Shown piece after piece: positions 61,675 to 64,000 of a stretch of DNA of 64,000 bases. Positions within the stretch are counted from its first letter, which is position 1. Every line of letters begins with the position of its first letter. Made by a program: the position numbers and the translations under genes. Where the stretch lies: NCBI RefSeq assembly GCF_028641065.1, contig NC_073400.1, forward strand, positions 5,332,001 through 5,396,000, read 5' to 3'. The notes under the pieces were generated by a model that searched no databases, had not been told where the DNA came from, and saw only the letters and a list, made by a program, of their open reading frames with translations. This DNA is from Leucoraja erinacea. Its lineage: Eukaryota.

Positions 61675-64000
61675 AATAATAATAATAATAATATATCTTT
61701 TATTGTCATTGCACGTCAGTGCAACGAGATTTAGTATGCAGCTTCCAACCGATGTAAAAGAAAAGTAAAATAAATAAATAAGCTGTGTGACGTGACCATC
61801 CGAGGGAGACAGTCCAGGGGGGGTGGGGGGCACTCAGCAGGGCCGGTTCAGAGCCGCTATAGCTCTTGGAATAAAGCTGTTTCTGAGTCTGGAGGTTCGG
61901 GCGTAGAAGGCCTTGTAACGTCTGCCGGAGGGAAGTAGTTCGAACAGTCCGTTACAAGGGTGTGAGGAGTCTTTATGGATGCTGACGGCCTTCCTGAGGC
62001 ACCGTGTGTGGTAGATGCCCTCCAAGGCTGGTAGCTGTGTCCCAATGATCCTCTGCGCTCTGTGGACGACGCGCTGAAGAGCTCTCCTCTCCGCCTCCGT
62101 GCAGCTGAGATACCACACAGAGATGCCATACGTTAATATGCTCTCTGTGGTGCAGCGGTAGAATGTTGTCAGCAGCTGTTGGGGCAGACCAATCTTTTTT
62201 AATGTCCTCAGGAAGAACAGTCATTGCTGTGCCTTCTTGACCAGCGCAGTGGTGTTGGTAGACCATGTGAGGTCCTCAGAAATGTGAGTGCCCAGAAACT
62301 TAAAGCTGGACACTCTCTCCACACTTTCCCCGTAAATGGAGATTGGGGCGTATTCTCCATAATGGGACCTCCTGAAGTCAACAATCATCTCCTTGGTCTT
62401 GGAGGTGTTTAGTGACAAGTTGTTACGTGTGCACCAGTCCACCAGGTTCTGCACCTCCGCTCTGTATTTTGTTTCATCACCGTTGGTGATCAGCCCAATC
62501 ACTGTTGTGTCGTCTGCAAACTTCACGATGATGTTGGTGTCGAATGTAGGAACAGTCGTGAGTGAAGAGGGAGTAGAGCATGGGGCTTAGTACACAGCCC
62601 TGTGGTGTGCCGGTGCTCTGGGTGATAGTGGAGGACAGGTACGGGCCCAGTCTCACTGCCTGCGGTCGCTCCGTCAGAAAGTTCAGGATCCAATCGCATA
62701 TCGGCGAGCTGAGGCCTAGCTGGTGGAGTTTGGTGGTGAGCTTGGTGGGGATGACCGTATTGAATGCAGAGCTATAGTCAACGAAGAGCATCCTCACGTA
62801 CGCGCCCTGTCTGTCCAGGTGAGTCAGGACAGTGTGAAGAGCCAGAGAGATGGCATCCTCTGTTGATCTATTTGCCCTGTATGCAAATTGATGAGAGTCC
62901 AGTGAGGCAGGGATGCTGGATTTGATGTGGGAGAGGACCAGCCTTTTAAAGCACTTCATTGGAATTGGAGTTAGGGCAACCGGGCGGTAGTCGTTCAGGT
63001 TGGTGACTTTAGACTTTTTCGGCACCGGCACTATGGTAGCTGTTTTCAGGCACTTGGGGACCGTTGCCAGAGATAGAGATAGATTGAAGATTCTCATGAA
63101 TACCTCCGCCAGCTGTACAACACAGTCCTTTAGTACCCTTCCCTGGACTCCATCCCACACAGAGCGCACTGTACCTCCTGAGTGCTCAGTGTTAAGGCCT
63201 GTCCCTCCGCCATGGCCGGGGTTATTCCACTCCTGGTGGTGTTGGCAGTTTTGAAGCGGGCAAATAAGTTGTTTAGTTCGTTGGCCAGTGTGATACCACT
63301 GTGGGGGCAGGTGGGGCTGCTCTTGTAGTCAGTGATGTCCCTGACACCCTGCCACATGCTTCTGGTGTCCGCGGTATTGAAGTGTTCTTCCACCCTTTGC
63401 CTGTGGATGTCTTTGGCCTTTTTTATGTCTTTGTTCAGGTTCGACCTGGCCGCACTGTAGGCAGAAGTGTCCCTGGATTTAAAGGCATTGTTACGTGCCC
63501 TTAGCAGATCCTGAACCTCCTTGTTCATCCAGGGTTTCCGGTTTGGGGACATCTTTATTTGCTTGTCCACTGTGACAGTCTCCACACAGCAGTTGATGTA
63601 GGAGAGCACAGTGGATGTGTACTCCTCCAAGTCTACCTCTGTACCACTGGTTGCCTGTTGTGCAAACAGGTCCCAGTCGGTGCGATCAAAGCAGTCCTGG
63701 AGTTGTAGGGTGGCGTCCTCGGGCCATATTTTGACCGTCCTTATTGCAGGTTTGGTCTTGCGGATGAGGGGTTTGTATGCAGGCAGTAGAAACAGTGAGA
63801 GGTGATCGGATTGTCCCAGGGATGGGCAGGGGAGAGCTCTGTAAGCGCCCTTGATGTTGGTGTACACTTTATCCAGTGTGTTTGAGCCCCTTGGTAGGGC
63901 ACTGCACATGCTGGTGGAATTTGCGGAGTGCGGCTCGTAGGTCGACCTGATTAAAGTCCCCTGCAACAATGAAGGCACCGTCGGGGTGAGCATCCTGCTG
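61675..64000 (-). mobile_element. Rex1/Babar non-LTR retrotransposon (APE C-terminus and RT), frameshifted, runs off the window
   Basis: ORFs 63130-63993 (TLDKVYTN..LGQSDH; QLQDCFDRTDW), 62477-63169 ([34 protein letters not shown]), 62221-62526 ([12 protein letters not shown]) and 61834-62118 (LLPSGRRY), ending in TGACAATAAA and a (TAT)n tail. Confidence 0.93.

Overview
Eukaryotic vertebrate genomic DNA with four N-gaps. The repeat content (CR1/HER1-type LINEs with (TTCTATGT)n tails, HE1/V-SINEs, Rex1, Penelope) points to a cartilaginous fish, probably a skate or ray; this is an inference. The only host gene I can support is a complete wnt2b on the minus strand: five coding exons (51894-51707, 44438-44218, 29088-28811, 17109-16845, 1863-1634), all GT-AG, giving a 1182-nt CDS and a 393-aa protein. 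The rest is introns and upstream DNA dense with transposons: CR1, L1/Tx1, Rex1, V-SINEs, Deu-like SINE relics and nested Harbinger-type MITEs. The most notable signal is about 25-30 short Penelope-derived repeats that carry a minimal hammerhead-ribozyme motif (CTGAAGA-stem II-GAAACGTC). Many are fold-back inserts with 13-16 bp target-site duplications and recurrent junctions, and a decayed parent fragment encoding a GIY-YIG endonuclease lies at ~60.1-61.0 kb. Other points are a non-autonomous Rex1-tailed family, a near-identical inverted CR1 pair flanking the frame-symmetric exons 3-4, and two cryptic degenerate periodic repeats. Exon coordinates were read base by base; most repeat boundaries are approximate (+/-10-30 bp).
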